Source: Coleofasciculus chthonoplastes F2-STO-03
GTDB lineage: Bacteria > Cyanobacteriota > Cyanobacteriia > Cyanobacteriales > Coleofasciculaceae
Length of the DNA stretch: 64,000 bases
Reading direction: 5' to 3'
Assembly (NCBI GenBank): GCA_040222015.1
Contig: JAVJWO010000153.1
Location: forward strand, 32,001-96,000
Positions 12,099 through 22,075 of the stretch are shown here, one piece after another. The notes below the pieces were generated by a model. It saw only the letters and a program-made list of their open reading frames with translations, searched no databases and was not told the origin of the DNA. Positions within the stretch are counted from its first letter, which is position 1. Each line of letters starts with the position of its first letter. The position numbers were made by a program, and so were the translations under genes.

Positions 12099-12797
12099 TT
12101 ACAAATCTCGCATTTGTTGCTCCACACTCATCGCAATTTGCAGCGCTTCATCGAGCAAATAACCATACTGATCTGTTGGCGGATCAAGTTCTCCCGCAAC
12201 CAAACTGGTTAAATTATTCTCTAATGTAACCATCAATTCATCTGGTCGTGCGATCACCCCTTGTTTCGTGCGAATAATTTCTATCTTAATTGCTTGCAGT
12301 AAACTGTTTTTTGTCACCCGCAAAGCCTTCAATACCTTTTCACCTTCTAACGAGTTATCCCCTTGCAGATTATTTTCAGTCCGACTCAGTTGATTCAGCA
12401 TGGCTAGTGATTTAACTACACGATTGTACTTATCCACTTGCCGTAACAACTTAGCTACAGATTTCCAGCGTTTTGCCTGATTCACAAGCCAAATATTTCC
12501 CAATGCCAAAATTAAGACTGATCCCGCCAAAAATAACAGAAATAAATTGGTAATGTCCGCCCCATCACTTGGTAAATTCCCCGATCGCTTCACCGCCAGA
12601 AACCCCACAGGCATAACAAAAATCAGAATTAGACCTAAACTAAAGACCTCAATAAACAGGAGCGATCGCAGATGTTGCGGATTTCGCCAAAATACCCCAC
12701 GGTAAACCGTTGTCACCAGTCCCGCACTTAGATCTAAACCCCCACTTTGCTCTAATTCCGCTGGAGTAATCGGCAATTCTGCTACATCATTTAGCAT
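12099..12797 (-). CDS. Hypothetical membrane protein (2 TM plus helical domain)
   Basis: 232-aa ORF with two hydrophobic helices, 33 bp downstream of the co-oriented membrane protein gene. Confidence 0.7.
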   Translation of the reverse strand: MLNDVAELPITPAELEQSGGLDLSAGLVTTVYRGVFWRNPQHLRSLLFIEVFSLGLILIFVMPVGFLAVKRSGNLPSDGADITNLFLLFLAGSVLILALGNIWLVNQAKRWKSVAKLLRQVDKYNRVVKSLAMLNQLSRTENNLQGDNSLEGEKVLKALRVTKNSLLQAIKIEIIRTKQGVIARPDELMVTLENNLTSLVAGELDPPTDQYGYLLDEALQIAMSVEQQMRDL

Positions 12798-12830
12798 GAA
12801 CGTATCTCCTGGATAATGAAATTATTTGGC

Positions 12831-13514
12831 TTAGTTTAATCCTAGAGCGTGAGTCAACGTTTTAAAAATATGCACATAGAAATTACTCTCTAAGGGACGA
12901 AACAGCGCAAAGTCTTTTCCTGGATTACCAAAAAAGGGTCGCAGTGACCAACCCAACTGACTGCCAACAAAGCCGTATAGAAATAACCAAGCTTGCACAA
13001 CCTTCAAATTACGGGATTTATCCGTATCTTGAGAATGAGAATGCAGCGATTTCATGCTTTGGTAGAAAAACTGGACACCGATCACGCCAGTTAAGGCAAA
13101 AATGACGACATTGAGTAACTTGAAAAACTCGTAATCATTCACCGAGAGCAGGAAAAACAAGACCACGGGAACAAACGCCAAAAGCATGACACTGATCACT
13201 GACGTGGTGGCTAAAAGCAACACCAAATATTGGCGAAAGTTGCGCTGTGAACCCGTCACCACCTCGAAAATATATAAACTGGGTAGACAAACCAGCAGTG
13301 TGATTAAATAAAGACCCGGCAACTTAATCGCTGAACTAATCGCCTGAAGCCAATGACTCGACGCCCCAATCACCAAGCCGTACAACGCCAGAAAGGAGGC
13401 ACTACACACTAACAATGAAACAATTTTACGGTCGAGTCCGATTTCCTTCTCAACCTCGGTTAAAAATGCCTTGCGATCGCGTAAAAAAGACATCAAACTA
13501 GCAAAGTGATTCAT
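12831..13514 (-). CDS. Conserved multi-pass membrane protein (family often labelled 'actin-binding WH2 domain protein')
   Basis: SAIKLP.LYL.TL..CLPSLY and YGFVGSQLGWSLRPFFG motifs; about 5 TM helices. Confidence 0.75.
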   Translation of the reverse strand: MNHFASLMSFLRDRKAFLTEVEKEIGLDRKIVSLLVCSASFLALYGLVIGASSHWLQAISSAIKLPGLYLITLLVCLPSLYIFEVVTGSQRNFRQYLVLLLATTSVISVMLLAFVPVVLFFLLSVNDYEFFKLLNVVIFALTGVIGVQFFYQSMKSLHSHSQDTDKSRNLKVVQAWLFLYGFVGSQLGWSLRPFFGNPGKDFALFRPLESNFYVHIFKTLTHALGLN

Positions 13515-13644
13515 CCTGTCCTCCAGGTATACCCGTCGCATCTCTACATTCCTAGACTATAACAGGAGCGCAGGGAGAGCGAGTTTTGCTGACAAGTGGG
13601 TCCCCCAAACTCGCCTCTACAGCTACGGGTCAATCAGACTCTTG

Positions 13645-13911
13645 TTACTCGGAACGAAAAGAAATTTGCCGAATCAGCATACTCACAAATTCACCCGGTT
13701 TACCTGTCGGTTGTAAGGTACTCCACGCTGTCACTTCAGCAAACTGGAGACGGTACAACAACGTGTAAATGATACTTTTGACGCCTCGACGAGAGCCAAT
13801 AATCGAGATTTTCACAGGTTCACGGCTAGCGGTAGATTCTGGTGTCGCTGATGGGGCGGGAGGTACTTTTTCTAGGTTATTTGGAACAAATTCTTGAGAC
13901 ATTGGATTCAC
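13645..13911 (-). CDS. Small conserved cyanobacterial hypothetical protein
   Basis: REPVKISIIGSRRGV...FAEVTAWS motif; divergent from an XRE regulator. Confidence 0.7.
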   Translation of the reverse strand: MNPMSQEFVPNNLEKVPPAPSATPESTASREPVKISIIGSRRGVKSIIYTLLYRLQFAEVTAWSTLQPTGKPGEFVSMLIRQISFRSE

Positions 13912-13928
13912 CTAATTGTTGCTGATAT

Positions 13929-13985
13929 TGTTGCCAAACTTGATAACGTTTAAAAGATTAGCAGATGTTACCATACTTGGCAACA
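13929..13985. promoter_or_regulatory. Two 20-bp imperfect palindromes, putative XRE operators
   Basis: TGTTGCCAAACTTGATAACG (13929-13948) and TGTTACCATACTTGGCAACA (13966-13985) in the divergent intergenic region. Confidence 0.55.
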
Positions 13986-14046
13986 TTTACGAGGTCATGC
14001 TCCTCTGACACGATTGTCCGCAGGACAAGGTAAGCGCGACAGAAGC

Positions 14047-14289
14047 ATGGGAAGAGCAGGACAAGCCCTCAAACAGACGCTGGAATCCTATAAAATCAGC
14101 CAAAATAAATTGGCGGTAGCTTTAGGGATTGAGCGAAATAAAGTGTTTCGTTGGTTTCATGAAAAAATAGACCCAACAGCCGAAACCGTTGCGGATATTG
14201 TCAAAGCGCTGAATACAATCAATCCCGTCGCCGCCGAGATGTTCATTGAACTCTATCTCGGCGATTTAGTGGATAAGGAGGAAGAGTAG
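14047..14289 (+). CDS. XRE/HTH_3 family transcriptional regulator
   Basis: MGRAGQALKQTL..ISQNKLAVALGI....VFRW helix-turn-helix. Confidence 0.85.
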   Translation: MGRAGQALKQTLESYKISQNKLAVALGIERNKVFRWFHEKIDPTAETVADIVKALNTINPVAAEMFIELYLGDLVDKEEE

Positions 14290-14553
14290 GACTATTTTTT
14301 ATCAATGACGATAGAGTAGGTTGGGTTGACGAAAGGAAACCCAACGCAAGCAGGCTAGGGTGAACATTGTGCAGGAGTCAGGGCGGGTTTAGTTACATTT
14401 ACTCCCATTACGGCATAAAACTATGGAACTAAAATCTAGCACTGATCAGGATTTCAGCCATTAACATTACCTAATCTTATAGTGGGAAGGGAGTAGGTGA
14501 GGTAAGAAACGATAGTCGTCAAACCCGCCGCTACACAATCAAAACGTTCTCCT

Positions 14554-16587
14554 TCAGCTAATCGTGGGAAAATGTACGACAATGATAGAGGTATCTTGCT
14601 GGGTTCGTGCGATCGCCTCTGGTTCTCCTCCCAATGTAGGAATCGCCAAAAGGTAACTAGGATGGGTACTCGCCGTCAAAATCAGTAAATCATGACGTTG
14701 CACCATCCGCGACACATTCTGTACAAAATTCCCCCGCACCTGTACCAACCCACTCGTACTTGCCAACCCCCACTCTCGCGGCTGACAGTCAAACTCACCC
14801 ACTCCCGTCACCACAATCACCAATCGAAACGTCGCTTTCAACGCCCCTGCTAAGGTTTGCGCCAACATCACCGTCGGTTTAAAGGTTACCGATACCGTCT
14901 CTTGATCCGTCGCCGCTAATACCACTCGTGCGGTATTCTCAATCGGCTGCGAAAATCGGGCAATTAATACCGGAACCTGAGAGCGCCAGATAACATTATC
15001 AATCACACTGCCAAAAAAGCTCTCACGAGTCGTGGAATACCCCTTCCAGCCGCAAATAATCAACGTCGCCTCTCGTTCGGCTGCCGTGCGGGTAATCCCT
15101 CGGTCAATCGTATCATCCACCCGCCCAATCGGTTCTACTTTAGTTACGGTTGCATGGGCAATTCGTTCCGCCGCCGCTAAAAGTTGGCTTTGTAACATCT
15201 TCGCCTCTGGGGAAATGAATCCGGTTTTATCCGATAAAACATGCAGCGGAAGTAAGGTTCCCTTGGCTGTTTTTGCCAAAATTAATGCCAATTGTAATAA
15301 ATTATCTTCCGTCTTGGGATTCGCTACCGGAACTAACACCCGCTTTGCCAACGATGGCGGTTTTCCTTGATTTCCTCCCTCCTGTTGTCCGTGAGGTTTC
15401 ACCTGTTTTCCCCAGCGTTCGGTAATCCAAGGCGAGGCGACACAGGTGACTAAAATCATGGCAATTATTCCATTTACGGTTAATTGATCCACCAGTTTAA
15501 TTTCATAAGCTACTGTAATCGCTGCCAAGGTAGACGCCGCCTGTGCCATGGACAACCCAAACATGACCATAATACTAGGAAATTGAAACCCAAACAGCTT
15601 CCCTGGTATCCAAGCCGCGCCAAACTTACTCACCATTTCCGCGCCAATCATCACTAACGCCACCAAGATTGATTTCGGCTGCTTGACTAAAATTAACGGG
15701 TCAATTAACATTCCCACGGAAATCAAAAAGAATGGCACAAATAAGGTATTGCCAATAAACTGAATCCGATTCATGAGCGGACTCAATTGAGGAATGATTT
15801 GGGTAATCGCAATTCCGGCTAAAAATGCGCCAATAATCGGTTCAATTTCAATTAAACCCGCCGCGTAAGACACCACAAACAACGTGGCGAGGACAAAAAT
15901 AAACTCCGCCCCTTCATCATGTCCAAATTGGCGAAAGAACCAGCGCCCCAGTTTAGGAACGCCCCATAATGTCGCTACAGTATAGATGGTAAGGGCGGGA
16001 ATCAGAAACAACCAGAATCCTAGGGTCAGATTTCCGCCATCGGCTTTCACGACTACCGCCAGAACTAAGAGTCCCAAAACATTAGTAATTAATGTTCCGC
16101 CCAAGGTTGTGGTTACGGTTTGTGTCCGCATTAATCCCAACTTGGTGAGGATAGGTAATGCCAAAAGTGTATGGGTGGCAAAACAGGACGCGACTAGAAT
16201 GGAGGCTAGCCAACTATATCCCAGGAGTAACATTGCCACCGTACCCAGAATCATCGGTAAAGAGAATGTGGCTAACCCAAAAATTGCGGCTTTATCGGCG
16301 TTATATTTTAGGTCATCCAGGCTGGTTTCGAGTCCCGCCATGAACATTAAAAATAACAGTCCTACCGTTCCCAAGAGGATAATCGTACTATCCCGTTCCA
16401 ATAACCCCAGGACATTGGGTCCAACAATCACACCCGCCAGAATTAAGCCGACAATACCCGGAAGTCGCAACCGTTCAAACAGGAGTGGCGCGACTAACAT
16501 AATTGCCAAAATGGTTAAGAAGACGGCAACAGGGTCAGTAATTGGACTTGAGAATAAAGCAACCGCCGTTAAGGTAGGATACATCAT
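14554..16587 (-). CDS. CPA2 cation:proton antiporter with C-terminal USP-like domains
   Basis: LPGIVGLILAGVIVGP, FLMFMAGLE, IGAFLAG, FVPFFLISVG; soluble tail RVLVPVANP. Confidence 0.9.
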   Translation of the reverse strand: MMYPTLTAVALFSSPITDPVAVFLTILAIMLVAPLLFERLRLPGIVGLILAGVIVGPNVLGLLERDSTIILLGTVGLLFLMFMAGLETSLDDLKYNADKAAIFGLATFSLPMILGTVAMLLLGYSWLASILVASCFATHTLLALPILTKLGLMRTQTVTTTLGGTLITNVLGLLVLAVVVKADGGNLTLGFWLFLIPALTIYTVATLWGVPKLGRWFFRQFGHDEGAEFIFVLATLFVVSYAAGLIEIEPIIGAFLAGIAITQIIPQLSPLMNRIQFIGNTLFVPFFLISVGMLIDPLILVKQPKSILVALVMIGAEMVSKFGAAWIPGKLFGFQFPSIMVMFGLSMAQAASTLAAITVAYEIKLVDQLTVNGIIAMILVTCVASPWITERWGKQVKPHGQQEGGNQGKPPSLAKRVLVPVANPKTEDNLLQLALILAKTAKGTLLPLHVLSDKTGFISPEAKMLQSQLLAAAERIAHATVTKVEPIGRVDDTIDRGITRTAAEREATLIICGWKGYSTTRESFFGSVIDNVIWRSQVPVLIARFSQPIENTARVVLAATDQETVSVTFKPTVMLAQTLAGALKATFRLVIVVTGVGEFDCQPREWGLASTSGLVQVRGNFVQNVSRMVQRHDLLILTASTHPSYLLAIPTLGGEPEAIARTQQDTSIIVVHFPTIS

Positions 16588-16762
16588 AGAGGAGGATGTT
16601 TTGAGGGTTTAGGGGCGGGTTTCCACGACTAAGGTTTTTGGTGACCCTGATGTCCCTAAACCTGCCCTATCTGAATTATGAATGATTCTTGATGAAATGG
16701 ATTAGGTGAGTAATAACATTGCTGGCTGCTTAATAAAGGATTAATGACAAAGGACAATTACT

Positions 16763-17371
16763 ATGGCATATAGTGACTTCAAAACTTTGGCTCACGTTAG
16801 AGAATCATTTGGGTTAAGTCTGGAAGAACCTGATAACTTATTTGCGGGCATTCCTGAACTGCTGCCCAGTGAGTATCTGCAAATGACGTTAACAGAAAAT
16901 GTTTCGCTGGCGACTGCAATCAATACCGAAAAAGCACGGGCTGAGTTAATTATTACTCCTGTGCTTTTGGAGGTGCGGCGACACTTTGGGTTTAAAATTG
17001 GCTTTTTCTCGGGGTCGGAGTTCAATGTGGCTCCTAGCGCAGGTTTAAATGGATATTGTGATTATATTCTGACGGCTTCCCCAGAGTCTTATGAAATTCG
17101 GACTCCTGTGCTTACCCTGGTTGAAGCTAAGAATGAAAATATTAAGTCGGGTTTAGCGCAGTGTATTGCTGAAATGATTGCGGCTCAATTGTTTAATCAA
17201 AGCAACGAGGAACCGATGGAGAGTATTTCTGGGGCGGTAACTACGGGAACGGAGTGGAAATTTCTGCAGTTACGCGATCAGACTGTTTTTATTGATAAAC
17301 GCGACTATTTTATTAATGAGGTGAGCCGGATTTTGGCAGTTTTAGCTATGCCGTTTCAGGCTATCCAGTAA
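16763..17371 (+). CDS. Cyanobacterial PD-(D/E)xK-fold hypothetical protein
   Basis: EKARAELIITPVL, GYCDYIL..LVEAK, GAVTTGTEWKFL motifs. Confidence 0.7.
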   Translation: MAYSDFKTLAHVRESFGLSLEEPDNLFAGIPELLPSEYLQMTLTENVSLATAINTEKARAELIITPVLLEVRRHFGFKIGFFSGSEFNVAPSAGLNGYCDYILTASPESYEIRTPVLTLVEAKNENIKSGLAQCIAEMIAAQLFNQSNEEPMESISGAVTTGTEWKFLQLRDQTVFIDKRDYFINEVSRILAVLAMPFQAIQ

Positions 17372-17446
17372 ACCTACGTTTTGATACAGGAAATTGAGTA
17401 AAGGGCGACTCGAACGGGAGCATGTCAACGCAAGTAGGTTGGATAT

Positions 17447-17769
17447 GTTTTCTGGATAATGATTTTCTACCTGTATTTGGCAACAAGCCGAAAGGGTGGA
17501 AATCGAGTGGGAAACGGGTAAAGCGCGGAATGTTTCGGACTGCCCCTGGGTATATTATCAATGCCGATGGAAACGGCGCGGCTAATATATACCAGAACAG
17601 TAGAGATACAGCTAAGGTTAAACTTAGCCAAGGTTTGTAGGGCGTCATTGACTGCGCCATCCAGATTATTTATCTGGAACTCTCAAAAGACACTCTAGGA
17701 ACGGTGTTTCAACCCCCTGAAGAAGTATCCTTTGAGAATCCTCGGTCATTTATGCCGAGGAGAAGTCAA
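17447..17769 (+). mobile_element. IS200/IS605 remnant: tnpB 3' fragment plus right-end hairpin
   Basis: FLDNDFLP..GKRVKRGMFRT..INADGNGAANI (RuvC-III); right end GAATCCTCGGTCATTTATGCCGAGGAGAAGTCAA. Confidence 0.8.
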
Positions 17770-17801
17770 ACACAAAAGATGACTATAGGCGACTTTATCG
17801 A

Positions 17802-19871
17802 ATGGTTCAATCTATTCTCTATGTCAACCCAACAACGGGTCAGAATACGAATACCGGCTCTGCGGATGATCCCTTCCGTACCTTAACCCACGCCATCGGA
17901 CAAGCTAAGGCTGACACCATGATTCTCTTGGCATCGGGGATGTACAATGCAGCTAACGGGGAGCGATTCCCGATTGTGATTCCGTCGGGGATTATTGTTA
18001 TTGGTGACGAGTCGAGTAAAGGTAAGGATATTATCCTGGTGGGTAGTGGTGATTATAGTAGCCCCAGTTTTGGCAGTCAATCGATTACCGTTAGAGCCGA
18101 TTCTCAAGCTGAACTGCGCGGGGTGACGGTGACGAATCCTGTGGCGAAGGGAACCGGGATTTGGATTGAATCCAGCGCCCCGATTATTGCTAATACTACT
18201 TTAACCCGTTGTGGTCGTGAGGGGATTTTTGTCACGGGGACGGCAAAACCGCTGATTATGGATAATGAATTAAGCGAAAATGCCTCTAGTGGTATTTTCC
18301 TGGTGCGAAATGCCAAAGGGGAACTGCGGCGCAATCGCTGTCAACGGACGGGGTATGGGATTGCTCTGAGTGATAATGCGGCTCCGTTAATTGCTGATAA
18401 TACGTTAATTAATAATAAGGCAGGAATTGTTCTCTCTCGCCAAGCTAAACCCGTTCTGCGCCGTAACCGGATTGAAAAAAATACCAATGGCGGGCTAATT
18501 GTCAATGGGTCTGCCCAACCCAATTTAGGCAGTCGCCAAGACCCAGCCGGGAATATCTTACAAGATAATGGGGATGTTGATTTACAAAATAGTACGTCAT
18601 TGACCTTGGTTTCTGTGGGCAACTGGTTAAATCCTGCCCGTATTTCTGGTGCCGTTACCTTGAGTTCGGCAGAGGTTCCCGCATCAGCCCTGGGTCCGAT
18701 TCAGTTTAGTGATTTGGGCAATCATTGGGCAAGTCGGTTTATTCAGGAATTAGTTAAACGGGAGTTAATTAGTGGTTTTCCCGATGGCACATTTAAGCCA
18801 GAAGCGAATATTACCCGCGCCCAGTATGCGGCGATTATTGCCCAAACCTTTAATTTACCCCGCCAAGTGGGGGCGACATCGGGATCATTTCGCGATGTGG
18901 CGGAGAATTTTTGGGCGGCGGCGGCGATTCGTAAGGCGGCGAGTATGGGATTTATCTCTGGATTTCCTGATGGCACCTTTCGCCCCCAACAAAATCTGAC
19001 CCGAACCCAGGCGCTGGTTTCGGTGGTGAATGGGTTGGGATTAGGGAGTGGGAATGGCAACCTACTTTTGTTTTACCGCGATCGCGCCCAGATTCCCAGC
19101 TATGCTACAGATGCTATTGCTACGGCGACACAACGGCAATTGGTGGTGAATTATCCCCGCCCTCAAGAACTTGCCCCTATGCAACCGATTAGCCGCGCCG
19201 AAGTCGCTGCCTTAATTTATCAGGCGTTAGTTTCAACTGGCGAAGCCTCGGCTATCTCATCCCCTTATATTGTTAACCCGGAGGGGTATGTTCCCTCGTT
19301 TACCGATATTCAAAATCATTGGGCGGCTGATTTTATTCGCCCTCTCGCCGGATTAAACTTAATTAGCGGCTTTGCCGATGGTAGCTTTAAACCGGATGCC
19401 CCCTTAAATCGGGCGCAATATGCGGCGTTAGTGGTGAAAGTCTTTAATCCCACACCCATCCGCCCCGCCACTCAATTTAGCGATGTTCCCGCCAACTTCT
19501 GGGCGTCAGCCGTAATTAGCCAAGCCTATCGCGGTGGCTTCCTTTCCGGCTTCCCCGACCAAACCTTTCACCCTCAACAAAGTTTACGGCGGGTTGAGTT
19601 GATTGTCTCCTTAGTCCAAGGGCTTTCTTTACCGGAGGCAGAGGAAAACCCCTTGGAAATTTATCAGGATCAAGATAATATTCCCATTTACGCCCAATCT
19701 GCTGTAGCCGCAGCTACTCAAGCCGGGATTATCGTCAATTATCCCAAACCCACCTGGTTAAACCCGAAAAAAGCCGCTACCCGCGCCGATGCCACGGCGT
19801 TTCTGTATCAAGCCTTAGTGCAACAAGGGCGTGTCAATGCTATCAATTCCCCGTATATTGTTCAAGAATGA
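17802..19871 (+). CDS. DUF1565 beta-helix plus multiple SLH-domain protein
   Basis: LYVNPTTG.N...G....PFRTLTHA N terminus, parallel beta-helix repeats, ISGFPDGTFKP SLH repeats. Confidence 0.9.
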   Translation: MVQSILYVNPTTGQNTNTGSADDPFRTLTHAIGQAKADTMILLASGMYNAANGERFPIVIPSGIIVIGDESSKGKDIILVGSGDYSSPSFGSQSITVRADSQAELRGVTVTNPVAKGTGIWIESSAPIIANTTLTRCGREGIFVTGTAKPLIMDNELSENASSGIFLVRNAKGELRRNRCQRTGYGIALSDNAAPLIADNTLINNKAGIVLSRQAKPVLRRNRIEKNTNGGLIVNGSAQPNLGSRQDPAGNILQDNGDVDLQNSTSLTLVSVGNWLNPARISGAVTLSSAEVPASALGPIQFSDLGNHWASRFIQELVKRELISGFPDGTFKPEANITRAQYAAIIAQTFNLPRQVGATSGSFRDVAENFWAAAAIRKAASMGFISGFPDGTFRPQQNLTRTQALVSVVNGLGLGSGNGNLLLFYRDRAQIPSYATDAIATATQRQLVVNYPRPQELAPMQPISRAEVAALIYQALVSTGEASAISSPYIVNPEGYVPSFTDIQNHWAADFIRPLAGLNLISGFADGSFKPDAPLNRAQYAALVVKVFNPTPIRPATQFSDVPANFWASAVISQAYRGGFLSGFPDQTFHPQQSLRRVELIVSLVQGLSLPEAEENPLEIYQDQDNIPIYAQSAVAAATQAGIIVNYPKPTWLNPKKAATRADATAFLYQALVQQGRVNAINSPYIVQE

Positions 19872-19990
19872 GGGAGCTGGGGAAGCTGGGGAAGCTGGGG
19901 AAGCTGGGGAAGCTGGGGAGCAAATAACCAATGACAAATAATCAATGACAAATGACAAATGACCAATGACAAATAACGAATGACCAATGA
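19872..19990. repeat. Short tandem repeats (GGGGAAGCT-type and STRR-type CAAATGA)
   Basis: Visible tandem short units. Confidence 0.85.
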
Positions 19991-20627
19991 GATAGATTCA
20001 GCCATTATCTATGCCGTGGAGTTACTCAGTCACTATGGATTTGAACTGAGGGGGTATTCTGCGGCAGAATTAGTTGAGTTTTGGTTGGAAGACTATCCCG
20101 CCCAGTGGATTCGTTTGGCGGTCATTGAAGCCTTGTATCAGGGACGGTATAAGGCGATTTCGGTTGAACAAATTTTAGCCGTTTGGGGGCGACGAGAACA
20201 GCCTATCTATCGCTTTAATCATGAGTTTGAACGGTTGATTTGTCGCAAACTGCCGCAAGATTTGAACGCCCCCGTTGATACGACGTCCGAATCGATGTCC
20301 TTAATGGGGAGTTTCCCGGATATGTTTGAGTCAAGTTCTACGGTTGCGGTGGCGGAGTCAGAGGAATTTGTTGTTACTGAATCGGTGACAGAATCCATTG
20401 AAGCCTTACCGCAAACGCCCGCCCAGCCTGAACCAGAAACGGAACGGGTTAGGGAACGCGATCGCACACCTCCAGACCTACCTTCTCCCGATCATACCAG
20501 TCTTCCTGATCCAGTGGATGGGTCTCGTCGCGAAGCTAGTCACCACCCCATTGATCAATTTACGCCACCGCCTGATGATTCGGACTTTTATCTGAAACTC
20601 AAACAAGTCGCCCAACCGCTAGTGTAG
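19980..20627 (+). CDS. ftn6: Probable cell division protein Ftn6 (N-terminal DnaD-like domain, disordered tail)
   Basis: WIRLAVIEALYQGRYKAISVEQIL conserved cyanobacterial motif; assignment from memory of the family. Confidence 0.55.
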   Translation: MTNEIDSAIIYAVELLSHYGFELRGYSAAELVEFWLEDYPAQWIRLAVIEALYQGRYKAISVEQILAVWGRREQPIYRFNHEFERLICRKLPQDLNAPVDTTSESMSLMGSFPDMFESSSTVAVAESEEFVVTESVTESIEALPQTPAQPEPETERVRERDRTPPDLPSPDHTSLPDPVDGSRREASHHPIDQFTPPPDDSDFYLKLKQVAQPLV

Positions 20628-20844
20628 CGCTGCGGAAATACTTGAGCAGCTTTGTCGATACGATGAAGCTGGGGGAGCTGGCGAAGATATTAGCGGTTGG
20701 CGTTATTTCTGCCTTCTTGCACTAGAGTGTCAATCATCATAAGTCATAATCAAGGAACAACATTTATTGTCACAATTCCATTAACTATTCTGCCTTACTC
20801 TCCGATAAAATATCAAGATAGCCGAGGGTGAGAGATAATGACCA

Positions 20845-21789
20845 ATGAAACAATTTTTTCCAGAAAAATTTCTAATTTTGATTGTTGATGATAATCCCAA
20901 TAATTTACAAATTCTTCATGTCATTTTAGAAGCCGAAGGCTACAAAACAATTGTTGTCAGCAACGGACAGGATGCGATTGAGCGTGTAAGCATTGATAAG
21001 CCTGACTTAATTATTATGGCTTTAACCATGCCCAAAATGAGTGGATTAGAGTTGTGCGACTATCTTAAGTCTCCACCTCCCCTAACAACAAGTCCAATTA
21101 TCCTGATGCGGACGATTCGTGAACAAGAGTATTTAATTGAAGCATTTGAGAAGGGCGCAGCCGATACAATTACTCACCCCTTTAATCCAGCAGAAATTAT
21201 TGCCCGTGTCCGAACCCATTTAGAATTGAAGCAGACTCAAAAGCAATTGAATCGATTGGTTAAAGAACACGACAAATTAACGAATTTGTTGAGAAAATTA
21301 GCGATTACTGATCCCCTGACTGGACTCTGGAATCGCCGCCATTTTTTAACGGTTGGCTATCAAGAATTTAATCGAGCTTCTCGTTACAAACGTTTCATGT
21401 CTATCCTAATGATTGACATTGACAACTTTAAGCAAATCAATGATGAGTATGGGCATACGATGGGAGATGAAGTGCTTAAGGGTGTGGCAAAAAGCATCGT
21501 TGGTTCATTGCGTGAGGCAGATTATTGTGGACGATTTAGCGGTGAAGAGTTTGTCACATTACTTCCCGAAACTGATAGTACTGGGGCGGTGCGTGTGGCT
21601 GAACGTTTGAGAAAGCGGATGGAACAAATTACCATAGGGATTGGCGATAAACAGGTACAAATGACGGTAACAGTTGGTGTGGCTAGTTATCAATTAGACG
21701 ATGCCAACATCGAGGTAATTATTCAACGAGCGAATAAAGCACTCTATCACGCCAAAAGTCAGGGATACAATCGGGTTGTATTGCATTAG
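20845..21789 (+). CDS. REC-GGDEF (PleD/WspR-like) protein with degenerate motifs
   Basis: ILIVDD receiver, TDPLTGL, DIDNFKQIND, RxxD I-site, SGEEF. Confidence 0.9.
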   Translation: MKQFFPEKFLILIVDDNPNNLQILHVILEAEGYKTIVVSNGQDAIERVSIDKPDLIIMALTMPKMSGLELCDYLKSPPPLTTSPIILMRTIREQEYLIEAFEKGAADTITHPFNPAEIIARVRTHLELKQTQKQLNRLVKEHDKLTNLLRKLAITDPLTGLWNRRHFLTVGYQEFNRASRYKRFMSILMIDIDNFKQINDEYGHTMGDEVLKGVAKSIVGSLREADYCGRFSGEEFVTLLPETDSTGAVRVAERLRKRMEQITIGIGDKQVQMTVTVGVASYQLDDANIEVIIQRANKALYHAKSQGYNRVVLH

Positions 21790-21820
21790 GTATCCCTGAA
21801 TCGCATATCATGATTATCTG

Positions 21821-22075
21821 ACACCGCCACATTTGACAGGGCGAGTCGAAATAGGTTAATCCTCACACCATCATATTTGACAGGGCGAGTCGAAATAGGT
21901 TAATCCTCACACCATCATATTTGACAGGGCGAGTCGAAATAGGTTAATCCTCACACCATCATATTTGAAAGGGCGAGTCGAGATAGGTTAATCCTGACAC
22001 CATCATATTTGACAGGGCGAGTCGAGATAGGTTAATCCTCACACCATCATATTTGTGCGGCGACTCGCCCCTACA
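21821..22075. repeat. Five tandem 44-bp units closed by an inverted REP arm
   Basis: ACACCATCATATTTGACAGGGCGAGTCGAAATAGGTTAATCCTC at 21821, 21865, 21909, 21953, 21997, then CGACTCGCCCCTACA; a one-unit copy lies at about 22330-22410. Confidence 0.95.

Noticed and set aside
15032..16612. Long antisense ORFs here and within radA, phoX, the CHAT gene and porins
   Set aside because: Shadow frames of well-supported genes with no recognisable motifs
21821..22075. CRISPR array
   Set aside because: Units are contiguous and near-identical with no unique spacers; no cas genes in the window
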